This document shows, one piece after another, positions 37,554 to 48,539 of a stretch of DNA of 64,000 nucleotides. The translations under genes were made by a program, and so were the position numbers. Below the pieces are notes generated by a model that worked only from the letters and a program-made list of their open reading frames with translations, made no database searches and was not told the origin of the DNA. The DNA comes from Amphiscolops sp. MND2022. Lineage: Eukaryota. The stretch lies in assembly GCA_964187785.1 (NCBI GenBank), contig OZ076409.1:92196001-92260000 (forward strand), given 5' to 3'. The stretch's first letter is position 1, and the number at the start of each line of letters is the position of its first letter.

Positions 37554-38290
37554 CCCGTGCTGACAACCCAGGGCAACCCACCAGTGGCCACCGCAGCCCC
37601 ACCGGTGGCCATGACACATTTTGTGGTGGCCAGGGGTGGACCACCGGTAGAAAATTTTTACCCACTGGTGGCCACCACAAAATGGATTATTACTGGAAAA
37701 ACCACAGGAATAAGATCTAGAATTATCGAAAAACCACTGAAATAAGATCTAAAATTATCGAAAGACCACTGGTTTAAATCAAAAATTACCGAAAAAAGCA
37801 GTGTAATAAGACCTTAACTCACTGTATAACCACTGGAATAAGATCTAAAAGTACCAAAAACCGCTGAAATTAAATCTAAAATCACTGAAAAACCCACTGG
37901 AATAAGTCTAAAATTACAAAAAAAACACTGGAACAAGATCTAAAATCACTTAAAAAGTCAACGGTTTAAGTCTAAAATTACCCAAAAACCACTGAAATGA
38001 GATATAAAATCACTAATAAAAAGCACTGGAATAAGATCTAAAATCACCAAAAAGCCACTGGTATGTTTAAAATTACCGCAAAAAACAATCCAACGAAACG
38101 AAGTAAGAAATTCATTTTAGTTTGAAAACGTTGTTGGAGTAATTACAGAGATCCATCAGAAAATCAAATCTTGACCTCGCAAAATCCGTTTTTATAGTCT
38201 TGGCTGGCCAACTGAAAAACAGTCGATACTAGCAGGGCTACCACCGAGCAGGTGCAAGATAAAGCCCATCCACCGGGTTGTCAGTACGGG
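37554..38290. mobile_element. TIR element (CCC termini) with internal ~36-bp tandem array
   Basis: cccgtgctgacaaccc / gggttgtcagtacggg; aaa on both flanks; accactggaataagatctaaaa repeats 37700-38080. Confidence 0.75.
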
Positions 38291-38752
38291 AAACGGACGA
38301 GCTATTTGAGAGCTCAGATGGGAAACAAAAAAGCAATTTAATCAGCTGGTGAAACTAAATGTGACCGCAGTTGGAGCAATAAAATTAAATTTCAAGAAAT
38401 AAAGCCCGGGGCGACAGAATACTGGATAATAAAGGAAGATAGCAATTCTACAAAATGTAAGAGCAAAAACGGACTTCTCATAGAATTTTCCATCCAATAT
38501 AATGAACACGACTTGCAGCTATAACGAACACACTTCACAAAACTCCTTGAGATGAAAAAAAGTTGGCAAAAGTTATTGACAAGGAGAGTTGTGAAAAGGA
38601 AATATTTAAGCAAAAATGAAGCTATTTACAAGTTTAGAGGAAGAATAATAGACATTTACATCATTCTCATATATTCTGCCGTACCATTCAAAATTGTTGA
38701 CCAGCTCATTGCAGCATTGTGCGTAACGACTTCAGTGCAGTTTTTTAATTAA

Positions 38753-39376
38753 TCACATCGTGAGAAGCCGATCATCGTTTTCTTCTTGCTCGAAAGCGGG
38801 CGTTGTCGTCTCTATGTTGTTGTAGTACCGCTCAGGCGAATACCTGTCGCCGTATCTCAGTCGATCCAACGCACTCATACATCTTTCACCGATTCCGATC
38901 CAAAGATCCGAGTTTGGAAGTTGTTCCCAGCCTTGGGCATCTTGTGCAATTCGTTTGTAAAGAACCCCAATGGAGAAGTAAAGCACTATTATGATAAGAA
39001 GCAAGATGAAGAAAATTCCAAAAAAGGAAACGCCTCCTCCTCCACTGCTACCACTGGCGGTTACGGGGGGTTTTTCTGAAGCAGCACTTTTGCATACGTA
39101 CTTACTGGAAACTGTGAATTGGAGAAAGCATATGGGGCTGGTCGCAGACTTGACTACCACTTCCTCCACTGACGTAATGTTTACATCTTGCTCCAGGTTG
39201 CAGTTGATATGAATTTGAGCAGATCTGTTGACGCCATGACAATTTGCCATATCAGAGCCATAAGGGTCTCCGCCCCCATACACGAGTAAAGCCCAATTAT
39301 CTCCTTTCACCAACCCACTCTGGTTCACATATCCAACAGCTGTTTCATGTTGGTCTGTAGTTCGCGATACAGCCAC
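38753..39376 (-). CDS. M6PR: cation-dependent mannose-6-phosphate receptor-like paralogue B, exon 2
   Basis: MRH half-domain, TM helix, tail YKRIAQDAQGWEQLPNSDLW and acidic-cluster dileucine EENDDRLLTM as in vertebrate CD-MPR. Confidence 0.9.
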   Translation of the reverse strand: MAVSRTTDQHETAVGYVNQSGLVKGDNWALLVYGGGDPYGSDMANCHGVNRSAQIHINCNLEQDVNITSVEEVVVKSATSPICFLQFTVSSKYVCKSAASEKPPVTASGSSGGGGVSFFGIFFILLLIIIVLYFSIGVLYKRIAQDAQGWEQLPNSDLWIGIGERCMSALDRLRYGDRYSPERYYNNIETTTPAFEQEENDDRLLTM

Positions 39377-39814
39377 CTAAAATAATGGAATTTCAAGCAG
39401 AGTTTAAAAACCAACGGTTTTTGTCTTTTCAAGGTGAGCTATTTCTGGGAGACAAATGACGCGTACAATGTTCTACTAAGCTAACCATGTCGAGGTATAT
39501 CACGAGGTAACTTAACATGAGAATCAACAGATTCAAACAAACCACGCCATTTGACTTCATGTCAATATTGCTATTTTCCAACGATTCCAGCGGCTTGTCC
39601 ATTAAATTTCCGAATTTTTATATATATATTTCAAAACTTTCTCTAAAAAAACTGTTTGTATTATACATTATATATACAGATTATTCGGTTACTTTTACTT
39701 TGACCAACAGCTGAGGCTGGAAAATTTCAGAGCATCATCCTGAAACCTTTACAGCGTCTTGTTTCTAATTAATGATCTTATTTTTTTTGTAATTCGCGGA
39801 TCATATTTCTATTT

Positions 39815-40309
39815 TTTTTAGCCGGCGCTCTTCTAGTGAAAAGTGCCCGACTCTTACAGTGGCTAGTTTTTTTTTCGTCAGACTACAATCTCACTCTGAT
39901 TGGGCCACTTCTTACAATCGAAACTACTAAAACTACTACCATAAGGCCAAGTCCGGTCAGCGGAAATTAGTGCAAAAAGGTCCCCCCTGTCATTTTTTAC
40001 TATTTTAACGTAACCTACAAAACAGGACGAGACTAAAGGGTCCCCCCTTTCGATTTTTTTTCGGCATTGTGCGACTTTTTTCCGAAAATTTTTTAATGTC
40101 TCAAAAGAGTCCCCCTTTCGAGTTTTTTTGATATTTTGCAACAGAATATGTTAATAAAGCCCAAACGGTCCCCCCTTTTACATTTTTCGGCACTGTGCGA
40201 CATTTTCTGAAGGAAAAAAATTCAAAAATTTCAGTTTTTTTCAAAAAAAGTCTTTTGCGCTTTTTGAGCCTTAGATATAGCGCCGACTTTAGACGTTCCC
40301 GTCTTGTTT
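39815..40309 (+). mobile_element. complete HINE-like repeat copy
   Basis: T-run + agccggcgc subTIR, inverse gcgccgact at 40280-40288, terminal stem gacg...cgtc then ttgttt. Confidence 0.65.
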
Positions 40310-41209
40310 GCACATACAGGAAGCCTTAGATCTAGCATTCTTTAAATTTTATCCAATAGTCGAATCACAAACTTCTGTTAACCAACATGGAATTTTGAAA
40401 CAGAAGTCAACATCAACTCAACTTATCATCCTTGGGACTTTTACACGACGCGTTTGAAAATTTATACTATGCATCTCGACTTCTAAAAAGATGTAACCAA
40501 ATGTGTCAGCTTCAACTGTTGACAAGCGACACAGTTACCATTAACATGCCTCGCGGAGTGCAAAAAGCTGGAATTTTATTGGGAAATGTGGCTGAAAGAA
40601 ATAGGGCAATACATTTTACTTGTGAAATAAATCAACGACTACGAACGGTAGTTCACAGTGGTTATAATTATTGAATTATAGAAATTATAGAAACTAGACG
40701 GACAACTCACGGCGGTTTTACTTTTTCTGCATTGTGAGATTTTACAAATTTTCTTGATGTCGTCAAAGAGTCCTGTTCTTTAGTTATTTTGATTTTCTCC
40801 AACAAACTGGTTGATAAAGCGCAAAAAGGGCACCCTTTTGCGTTTTTTGGCACCGTGAAAATTTCGTCTTCCATGAACGTTTGATCCTGTGGAACTGATG
40901 AGTTTTCTCAATTGTGGAAAAGACTTACGGTTTTTTTACACTGCGGCTTTTGTCGATACAGTTTTCATTCAGTAAAAGGGTACCCCTTCACTTTGATAAA
41001 TGTTTTCGGTCTGAGAAAAACGTTTGCCTGGCTTCAAGCTCCTTTTTCGACACTGAGACTTCTGCCCAAGAAAGACTTTTGCCCCATAGTTTTCTAGTCT
41101 TATGTGAATCTATCCTGGAATTTTTCGGCACTGTAAATTTGATAAACTTAAACTTTTGACAAATGTTCTTTTTTATTTGTTGCTTTCCTTGTTTGTCAAC
41201 AAAAAATGT

Positions 41210-43650
41210 TACAGGTTTAATTACAGCCCAAGAAGTGTACAGATAGTGTTTCGAACAATATATTTCCCTTCATACAATATAGGCCAAAATATTTAACAAG
41301 ACGCCCGCTGCGCAGCGAGATATTTTCCGCCCCAAGGGTAGCTCAAGGGGTCAGTTAAGTCAAGGTTCTTTTTGTTGTAGAAACTTTTCAGTATGTTTCT
41401 GTGGATAGTCACAAAAGTTACGGTTCCTTCATTTTTTATAAATAGTTCTGATAAAAAGGTTTCTCTGCTGTAGTACTCTGGTGAGAAACTTAGCGGATAT
41501 ATCTTGGCAAACAATATCGATAGGTCGGGTGCCCAGTATGACTTCAGCAGCCCTCTCGTTTGGATTAAACCTGGTTTGGAGTATAATTCGATTGACAAAA
41601 GCTCGGAAGAATTGCAGTTTTGTCACATTTTGGTTCGACCAAACAAGCGCACAGTACAGTAGAGTTGGTAGAATCAGCGTCTTGTATAAAGTAGTGTGTT
41701 CCAGGACAGACCCCAGCTGCTAGTACAATGAATTCGCAGCTCTCTCCATTTGTTCTTGCAACGGGCTACCACCAGTTCCGTGTGATTCTTGAAAGTACAA
41801 GCATTATTGACAAAAAAGCTAAGAATTTTGGTTTTGCCTTCAACTTTGCACTTCATTTCCCAGTGCGCAGACAGAAGTCGTCAGTCCATCGGAATTTATG
41901 TTCGTTATTTCCGTTTTGGATCCGTTTATCTGTATTCTCCACGTCCTGCACCATTTTTCGACGATGTTGAGATTTTCTGTGAAATTCGACGAAGAGCGCT
42001 TTACACATGAGCGGACTCAAATATTTGCAAGTCATCTGCATACTTGTACTTGATACCTGTGGTATTTGTAAGCATTTCTGAGACATAGAAAATAAAGAGT
42101 AGGGGTGATAGCACAATCCCCTGGGGAACAACTTGTTTTGGCTGTACTTGACGAATGAGTCGCCCTTCTAGTCGTGTTCTGACCAACCGATTTTTGAGGA
42201 AAGTTTGGAGTATCTTGAATGAGGGTCCGCGAATACCTGCTATCCAAAGTTTAAACAGTAAACCATTATGCCAGACGATATCGAGATTTCTCAAGATCTA
42301 GATTTATCAGAGCAGCTTTCAACTTACTTTTCTTCATAATTTCGAATTCGATTTTCAATCGGAAAAGTGATCTCGTGTTCTTGTTCTGCAAGAACCCTTG
42401 TTGTTCTGGGTCAATCAGATCATTCTCCAACATGTACGTCTTCAGCCGGTTGTTTAGTATTCTCTCGAAAAGTTTTTCTATGTGACTGCTAATTGACATA
42501 GGTCTATATGCGGAAGGTTCACTGTAATTAGGTTTCAATATCTTCTTCAAGAAAAGTAGTCAGGTTTCGTTCCATGGCCAACTCGCAGAACTTAGGCAAC
42601 TATTGAAGAGGTTAATCAGGCAGGTTCTGAAGGTTAGGCCCGACATTGCAATCATTTTCGGGTGAATTTAGTCATCGTCTGAAAAACAAATCATATTGCT
42701 GACTGTCTCAATGACATTGTTCAATTCTGTCGAACTGATAGTCCCATGGTAGCTCAAAATTCGCAGTTCTATAACCTCAGTCTTTTCCAAGAACTCAATC
42801 ATTTTCAGCTTATTATTCAACGATTTCTTGAATTCTTCGTCGAAGTTTTCTACTTTCAGATGCTAGCCGCTGAAGGTGTCAGGAAGAATTCGTACCTTTT
42901 GATCACTATCAAAACAGTCCGGATGTAGACTTTAGTGGGGATGGAATCTGATCCTTCTTTGTGGGGAAAGACCCTCATTGATACTTTCCCAAAACGCATT
43001 TCCGTGTTTTGCTTGGTTGACTTTTTGCAATTTCCCGAGGGTCCACTTTGAAGTTGAGGTGCTCAGTTCTTCTTTGAACCTGGCTCGAGCATTCAGGAGT
43101 GCCTCATGGTTTTGCGGCGTGGATGTCCTTTTGTATGTTTTGCCGAGTGATCTCACTTCATTACTGAGTTGTGTCAGCTGATCATTCCAGAAAGGTTTGC
43201 TATGTTTCGAAATTAATTTTGTGGGAATGCATTCTCGGTTTACGTCGTTTATTGCTTTTTTCAGATTATTCCATGCTGCAATGGGTTCTTTAAAAATTGG
43301 GTCGACCGGAAAAGACATATCACGAAGTTTGTCTTCTAGGCTGTCCCGCCATTTCTTCCAATCAACGTCGTCAAGTTTGAATGCAGTAATTTTTTCAGTT
43401 GTGGACGAGCTCGGCAGATCAAATTTGGCGTATACAGGGACGTGCCCACGACTAGGATACCCAGTTAGTCACCATTACGGTAACCCTGCGTCAGTGTCAG
43501 TATAAAAAGTTTGACTTCCAATTCGCAAGTTGGTCGGTAGTCATACATAGGTCGATAACTGAGCTACTATTGACAGCGTAAAAAGTTTTTTGTTGCTATT
43601 GTTTAGTATGTTCACCAGCTTTTTCTCGATATAATGCTCCTTCATAGTGG
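41210..43650 (-). mobile_element. decayed non-LTR retrotransposon (RT and EN-end fragments) in the M6PR intron
   Basis: YRPMS, QQGF, LDLEK, DIVWHNGLLFKL, VPQGIVLSPLLF, YADD across frameshifted ORFs. Confidence 0.85.
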
Positions 43651-43827
43651 ACATAAATGACCTGCCTGATTACATGTCAAAAATTTTTGACTTAGATGAT
43701 AGGGTAATCAGCTACAGTGGAGTGACAATGCAAATCGTCGAATTAAACAGCAGCAGATGGTCCGATGACATGAGGACCTACGAATCCGAAAATGCAATGT
43801 ACTATCTTTCAAAAAAGACGTAAAAAT

Positions 43828-44126
43828 TACACAGAGGCGAAGCGGTGCTTCGCAACACATGACGAAGACATCGAATATTTTAATATGCGTATATATATTA
43901 TTTTAATCGCATGCGTATATATTCAACAGTTCAACTTTGTTCAATAACGTCCCTATGGAACAGTGGTCAACACTTATGCCGTGCAATCGGGAGGCTGCAG
44001 GTTCGAATCTCTCTGGGGTTTTGGCATTTTTCTAAAAGGCGCTCATTATGAAGTTGACTATAGTGGAAAAAAAAACTTACTTAGCTGGACACTGCAATGC
44101 ACATTGACTTCGTCATGTGCAAAAAT
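43828..44126 (-). mobile_element. second HINE copy with tRNA-like cassette
   Basis: reverse copy of 3151-3520; perfect hairpin gcgaagcggtgcttcgc; A box 43956-43966, B box 44000-44009. Confidence 0.65.
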
Positions 44127-44980
44127 GTCAAACAAGACATCGATTGAAAAAGATTAGAATCATGGTAGCAATTGATCTTAGTTGGTCACACCAGACAATC
44201 AAATCCTTTCACATGATCAAAAGAAGCATCCGCTCAAACAACGTGGAGAAAGCAGCAAAAGATCTTCATCGAGACTTTGAAGTCCCAATTGTATCATGAA
44301 AGTGTACTCTGGAAACCAGTCAGGGAGAACTGCGAGTCAAAGGCCAAAAAAGCTACAGCATGACCTTGGGTGGCTATCACATTTCCTTCACGGTCCTAAT
44401 ACGAATAACAAGATTAAGACTCCTACTATCAACGTTGTACTTTGATATTTAATTTCGGTCTACCTAGACATAATAAAAGGACAATACACTGAATGACAGA
44501 AATGTTGGAATCAACACCTACGAAATCCAGAGGACTGTAGTAGCGAAATCAAAATGTACAAAATTAGAAGAAACATCGAGTGATTTTAAAGTGGAATACG
44601 AAACTAACAAATCTTCCAAGTATTTGACGGTAATACGAAACTAACAAATCTTTTGAGTATTTGACGGTAACAAGAGTTTACTCTGAATACTTAGAAAAAA
44701 GATCTCGCCAAAATCAACCCTCTACCTTCTTCGGTCCTGCAGAAAACTGTGGGTGAACAATGTTTTTATATTTACGTTTTAACAATGATTGTATTTAGTT
44801 CAATATTTGTTTTCATATTTACAAATTGCAAGAAAGTGCTATTCATTTAATTTATTTCGGTCAATTAATTTCTGATACCCCGGGCAAGAAGTAAAAGGGG
44901 CAGAAAATCTCAAAATAAGGTTATTTCTTAGCTCAAGAGCTTCCACTGTAATAATTAAATTCATTAAATTGAAAACTAAC

Positions 44981-45184
44981 ATGCTTGTCATTCTTTCCGG
45001 AGCACAAATCCAAACTGTAGACTACCCTTTTTCCAGTTGTCAAATTGTCCATGTTAACCAAAACATTGTTAACAAAACTATCTTCGATATCCGTGGAAAT
45101 TTTAGCACACTTGGGTTCACCATCAGCATTTATAACATCCGCCATCGTCACCAATAAGTGCAGGATGAAGATTTTCCAAGGCAT
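44981..45184 (-). CDS. M6PR: CD-M6PR-like paralogue B, first coding exon (signal peptide)
   Basis: MPWKIFILHLLVTMADVINA...YSLDLC; gttagt donor, phase 0, same intron position as paralogue A. Confidence 0.75.
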
Positions 45185-45326
45185 TATCTAAAGAGAAAAA
45201 TGCGCTCAACAAATTAAAACCAACAGACATTGTCGATACAGATGACAGTTTTCGTTTTGGAGTCCGGTAGAAAGTTGTAACAACGGTGTCGTTACTGAAA
45301 AGTCGAATGATTGGTGAGATTAAATA

Positions 45327-45406
45327 AGCGATTTGGTCTAGTGGTAAAGGCGCTTGACTGCTAGCTAGATCTGCTTTGAGATGCAGGTTCGAGTCATGTA
45401 ATGCTA
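45327..45406 (+). pseudogene. tRNA-like relic (possibly Ser-type or SINE head)
   Basis: tggtctagtggtaaaggcg A box and ggttcgagtc B box; stems imperfect. Confidence 0.35.
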
Positions 45407-46077
45407 TTTTCTCAAAATCATGTCGACCTTGGGTCGTTACAAAGTCTTGTTTGAAGTAGTCGTTACATTTATTGGGGAGTTGACATGCCCGTTTCCAAAA
45501 CTCTGATTCACAGTTTATGAGACGAAAATTATGGCATTTGAAGATGCGTGTAATTTGAGTCCGAGTGGACTTCTCTCCTTGTGACGTACGTTCTCCAGTC
45601 AGAATCTACTTCTTGCTTCAAAATTTTAGCAAGAGAAGCAAAACTTACAATTCATGACATAGGGAGGGCGGCAGAAATCTAAGGGTCAACATTTTTTCTA
45701 TGCAACTCAGGTCTTTGATTGGCATAATCCAATTGGCCGCTTCCTATCGAACGCATTCGATGATCTTGAGATTGCTTTTGGACAGCTTTCAAAGAGCAGA
45801 ACCATAGCCTATGATTGGGAACAACGTAGGTAGCTGAGAAGCATTTTTTTCTAATTGACAGGTTATTAAGGCTCAGGTTCCGCTTCCGAGCAAAAAGCGA
45901 GTTGAGAGCTTTTCAAACTTTCTTCGCATGCTCGTCCCACGTTAGCGAGCTTGAAACAATGAATACAAGGTCCTTGGTGTTTTCGAAAGCATAATCATTG
46001 AGACCGAGCTCTCCATTTCCTTTACGGGGAAGTAATTTCAAATTTGTCAGATTGATTTCCATGAAGTTTTTTCGCAC

Positions 46078-46253
46078 GGCTACGTGGAACCAGGTCTAAT
46101 GAAATAGATCTAAGAGAGGGGGCAAAACTGAGAACTAAATAAATTGATCTAAATAATCAGGTCTAAAAATCTCTTCTAATTTGATCTAATTTAAGAGCAA
46201 AAATAACAGAAAGTGGCGAGAAAGTATTTCATTACACCTGATTCCACGTAGCC
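46078..46253. mobile_element. MITE
   Basis: TIR ggctacgtggaa.caggt.taatgaaata / tatttcattacacctgattccacgtagcc. Confidence 0.7.
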
Positions 46254-46312
46254 TCTCGGATATGTCCCCATTTTCTCTAGTGCCCCGCGGCCCCTTGGGG
46301 CCGCTTATATTC

Positions 46313-46662
46313 GGGTGGGCGGAAATAGGTCGAAGGAACGGGATCGAAAATCAGAGTTAGTCCTCAGGTCGACAATATCAAATTTTTGAATGGGATCGAA
46401 ACAACTCGGATCGAAATTTTAATAACGTAGTCAGATATGTTCACATACCCCTAGTGCCCTGAATGCAGGAGCGAAGCGAAGCGGAGCGACGTGCCATATG
46501 GCCATGCCTCAATGTTGCTACTTGGCGAAGGGAGCGAAGCGACCGAGCCATACAACAAATACGATAAAATTCGACCGTATTCCATTCGATCCCTGTAATT
46601 CGATCAAGAGGTTCGACCTCAGTCCTTTCGACCAGAAAAATTCGACCTATTTACAGCCACCC
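46313..46662. mobile_element. Mutator-like MITE
   Basis: TIR gggtgggcggaaataggtcgaa / ttcgacctatttacagccaccc; 9-bp TSD cttatattc. Confidence 0.8.
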
Positions 46663-46907
46663 CTTATATTCCCATCTTGCTAAGCGATGTCGAACAGGAG
46701 CAAAGACCTGTTGTATATACTGATTTATGCCTTTATTATATATTGCTGTAATTGATTTATGTTTTATTTTAGATATTGATGTCCCTTTGATATGCGCTTT
46801 GATAACAGAATACTTATCTACAGAATACTAACCTTTATAGAAAAGCATTTTGATCAACCAGAAACACGACAATTGGTGTCCAGACCAGGATTCATTTCAA
46901 GGTTAGC

Positions 46908-47513
46908 ATGCTCAAAATTATTGCTGCCAGTTCCTTGTACAACTCAATTGGAGAACTTCAAATCAGGTTGCGTAAACAACTACGAGAACTCGTCCACGCC
47001 AGTCCCGGTTTTAGCTTGAACCCAGAGTCCGTGAACAAGTCAAAAGACGTTTACAACTATCTAAAGTCCGAAGAACTGAGAGATACGAGAATAATCCTGT
47101 TGCACGATCTGATTAATAATACTATCACACCCCACAAGAGTAACAACTATCAACCGCAAAGTGTAACTCAGCTGGTGGCTTCATTGAGAAGTCTAACAAA
47201 CTTATGCGGCATAGTTTATTGCCAACGTACAGGGTCCCCGAATATTTTTGAAGACCTGAGAACATTGGACTGCTCAATCATCCAAGTCACGACAGATATT
47301 TTGAGCAAGTCAGAGCAGCGCAGTGAAGTACTCGTCGAGAAGTACAAAGCCTTACACCAATCCAGCGATATCGAACTCAGATCCCTAGGTGTAGTTTTAC
47401 ATTTTTATCCGAACCTGCGAAAGATCTTGAAAACAAGAGGCACCAAGCGAAGAACTCACGAGCAACGAAGAGAGGCTAAGAGAAAAAGAGGACAACTAAA
47501 GGTGAGCTTTTAG
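46908..47513 (+). CDS. extra ORF0 upstream of gag; possible SGNH-like fold with basic C-terminal tail
   Basis: intact 201-aa ATG-initiated ORF; clearly similar to ORF 63146-63634. Confidence 0.7.
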   Translation: MLKIIAASSLYNSIGELQIRLRKQLRELVHASPGFSLNPESVNKSKDVYNYLKSEELRDTRIILLHDLINNTITPHKSNNYQPQSVTQLVASLRSLTNLCGIVYCQRTGSPNIFEDLRTLDCSIIQVTTDILSKSEQRSEVLVEKYKALHQSSDIELRSLGVVLHFYPNLRKILKTRGTKRRTHEQRREAKRKRGQLKVSF

Positions 47514-47670
47514 AGTCTCGGACTCAGAGCCGCTGTTGTTACCTCTTTATAGCTTTTCGAATTAAAGGTGAGCTTTTAGAGTCTTGGACTCAAAGCCCCC
47601 TTAGTAATTCTTAGCCATTAAGCCTCAAATTGTTCGAATCGTGTTTTTTTTCAAGTCATTACCGAAATCA

Positions 47671-48525
47671 ATGGGTAAACCGGAATTGAACCTCAAGGAA
47701 CCCGATCAAGCACTTATGTGGCTCAAGGCGTTCGAGGCGCGAGCGCGTGTTGAAAAGAAAAGGGACATCGACGCAACACCTGGAACTAGTGGACCGCCAG
47801 CTGTTGCTGCCATAGCAAAAGATTATCAGGTGACTGATTTCTTTTTGAGCCAATGCGGCCTCGAAGCGTTGATAAAGCTCAGTAGCCTCGTCGCGCCCAG
47901 AAACTTTGAAGACATGAAATTCATAGACATTCGTAAGGATCTCATAAATTACTTGAAGCCACAAGAGAGACTGGTGGTTGCAGAACGCACTGGCTTCCTT
48001 CAGATGTCTCAAGGGGGAGAAGAAGCAGAAACCGACTACCTTGCTAGGCTCCGAGAGGCTGCGCGTTATTGTAAGTTTGTCGATCTGAAAGCTTCTCCGG
48101 ATCCTGAAGCTGAAATGATCCGATTACAATTCATCGCCGGACTACGAGACAGCGAATCAAAGCTCAAGTTGCTTGAAGCACTCAGAGCAAACGACAACTT
48201 GACTGTGGAAGAACTGCTTCAGCTTATTCAATACAGAACCCAGGCCAAGAGATTTGCTCAGAGCTCAGTTCATCAGTCAACTTCAAGTGTAGTGGCTTTT
48301 GCGGAAAAACGTGGCCTCAATAATAAAAAAGATCTGAGTCGCCGTCAGAAGCCAGAGCAGTGTGGACGATGTGGACGAAAGCCATTCCATGAGTGCCATG
48401 CCAAGGATGAAAAGTGCCACAATTGTTCGAAGCAAGGACACTATTCCAGAATGTGCAAAGCTAAAAGACAAGAAGCCTCGCGAACTGAGTTGAAAATCAA
48501 ATGCATCAGTTTACCATACTTGTGA
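47671..48525 (+). CDS. gag: Gypsy gag (zinc knuckle)
   Basis: YLARLR.AA..C, MIRLQFIAGL, CHNCSKQGHYSRMC. Confidence 0.85.
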   Translation: MGKPELNLKEPDQALMWLKAFEARARVEKKRDIDATPGTSGPPAVAAIAKDYQVTDFFLSQCGLEALIKLSSLVAPRNFEDMKFIDIRKDLINYLKPQERLVVAERTGFLQMSQGGEEAETDYLARLREAARYCKFVDLKASPDPEAEMIRLQFIAGLRDSESKLKLLEALRANDNLTVEELLQLIQYRTQAKRFAQSSVHQSTSSVVAFAEKRGLNNKKDLSRRQKPEQCGRCGRKPFHECHAKDEKCHNCSKQGHYSRMCKAKRQEASRTELKIKCISLPYL

Positions 48526-48539
48526 AGAACAAGAATTCG

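Noticed and set aside
37700..38080. CRISPR-like ~36-bp array
   Set aside because: Degenerate tandem repeat inside a TIR element; no spacers
43949..44020. functional tRNA gene
   Set aside because: Acceptor stem pairs poorly and it lies inside a repeated element
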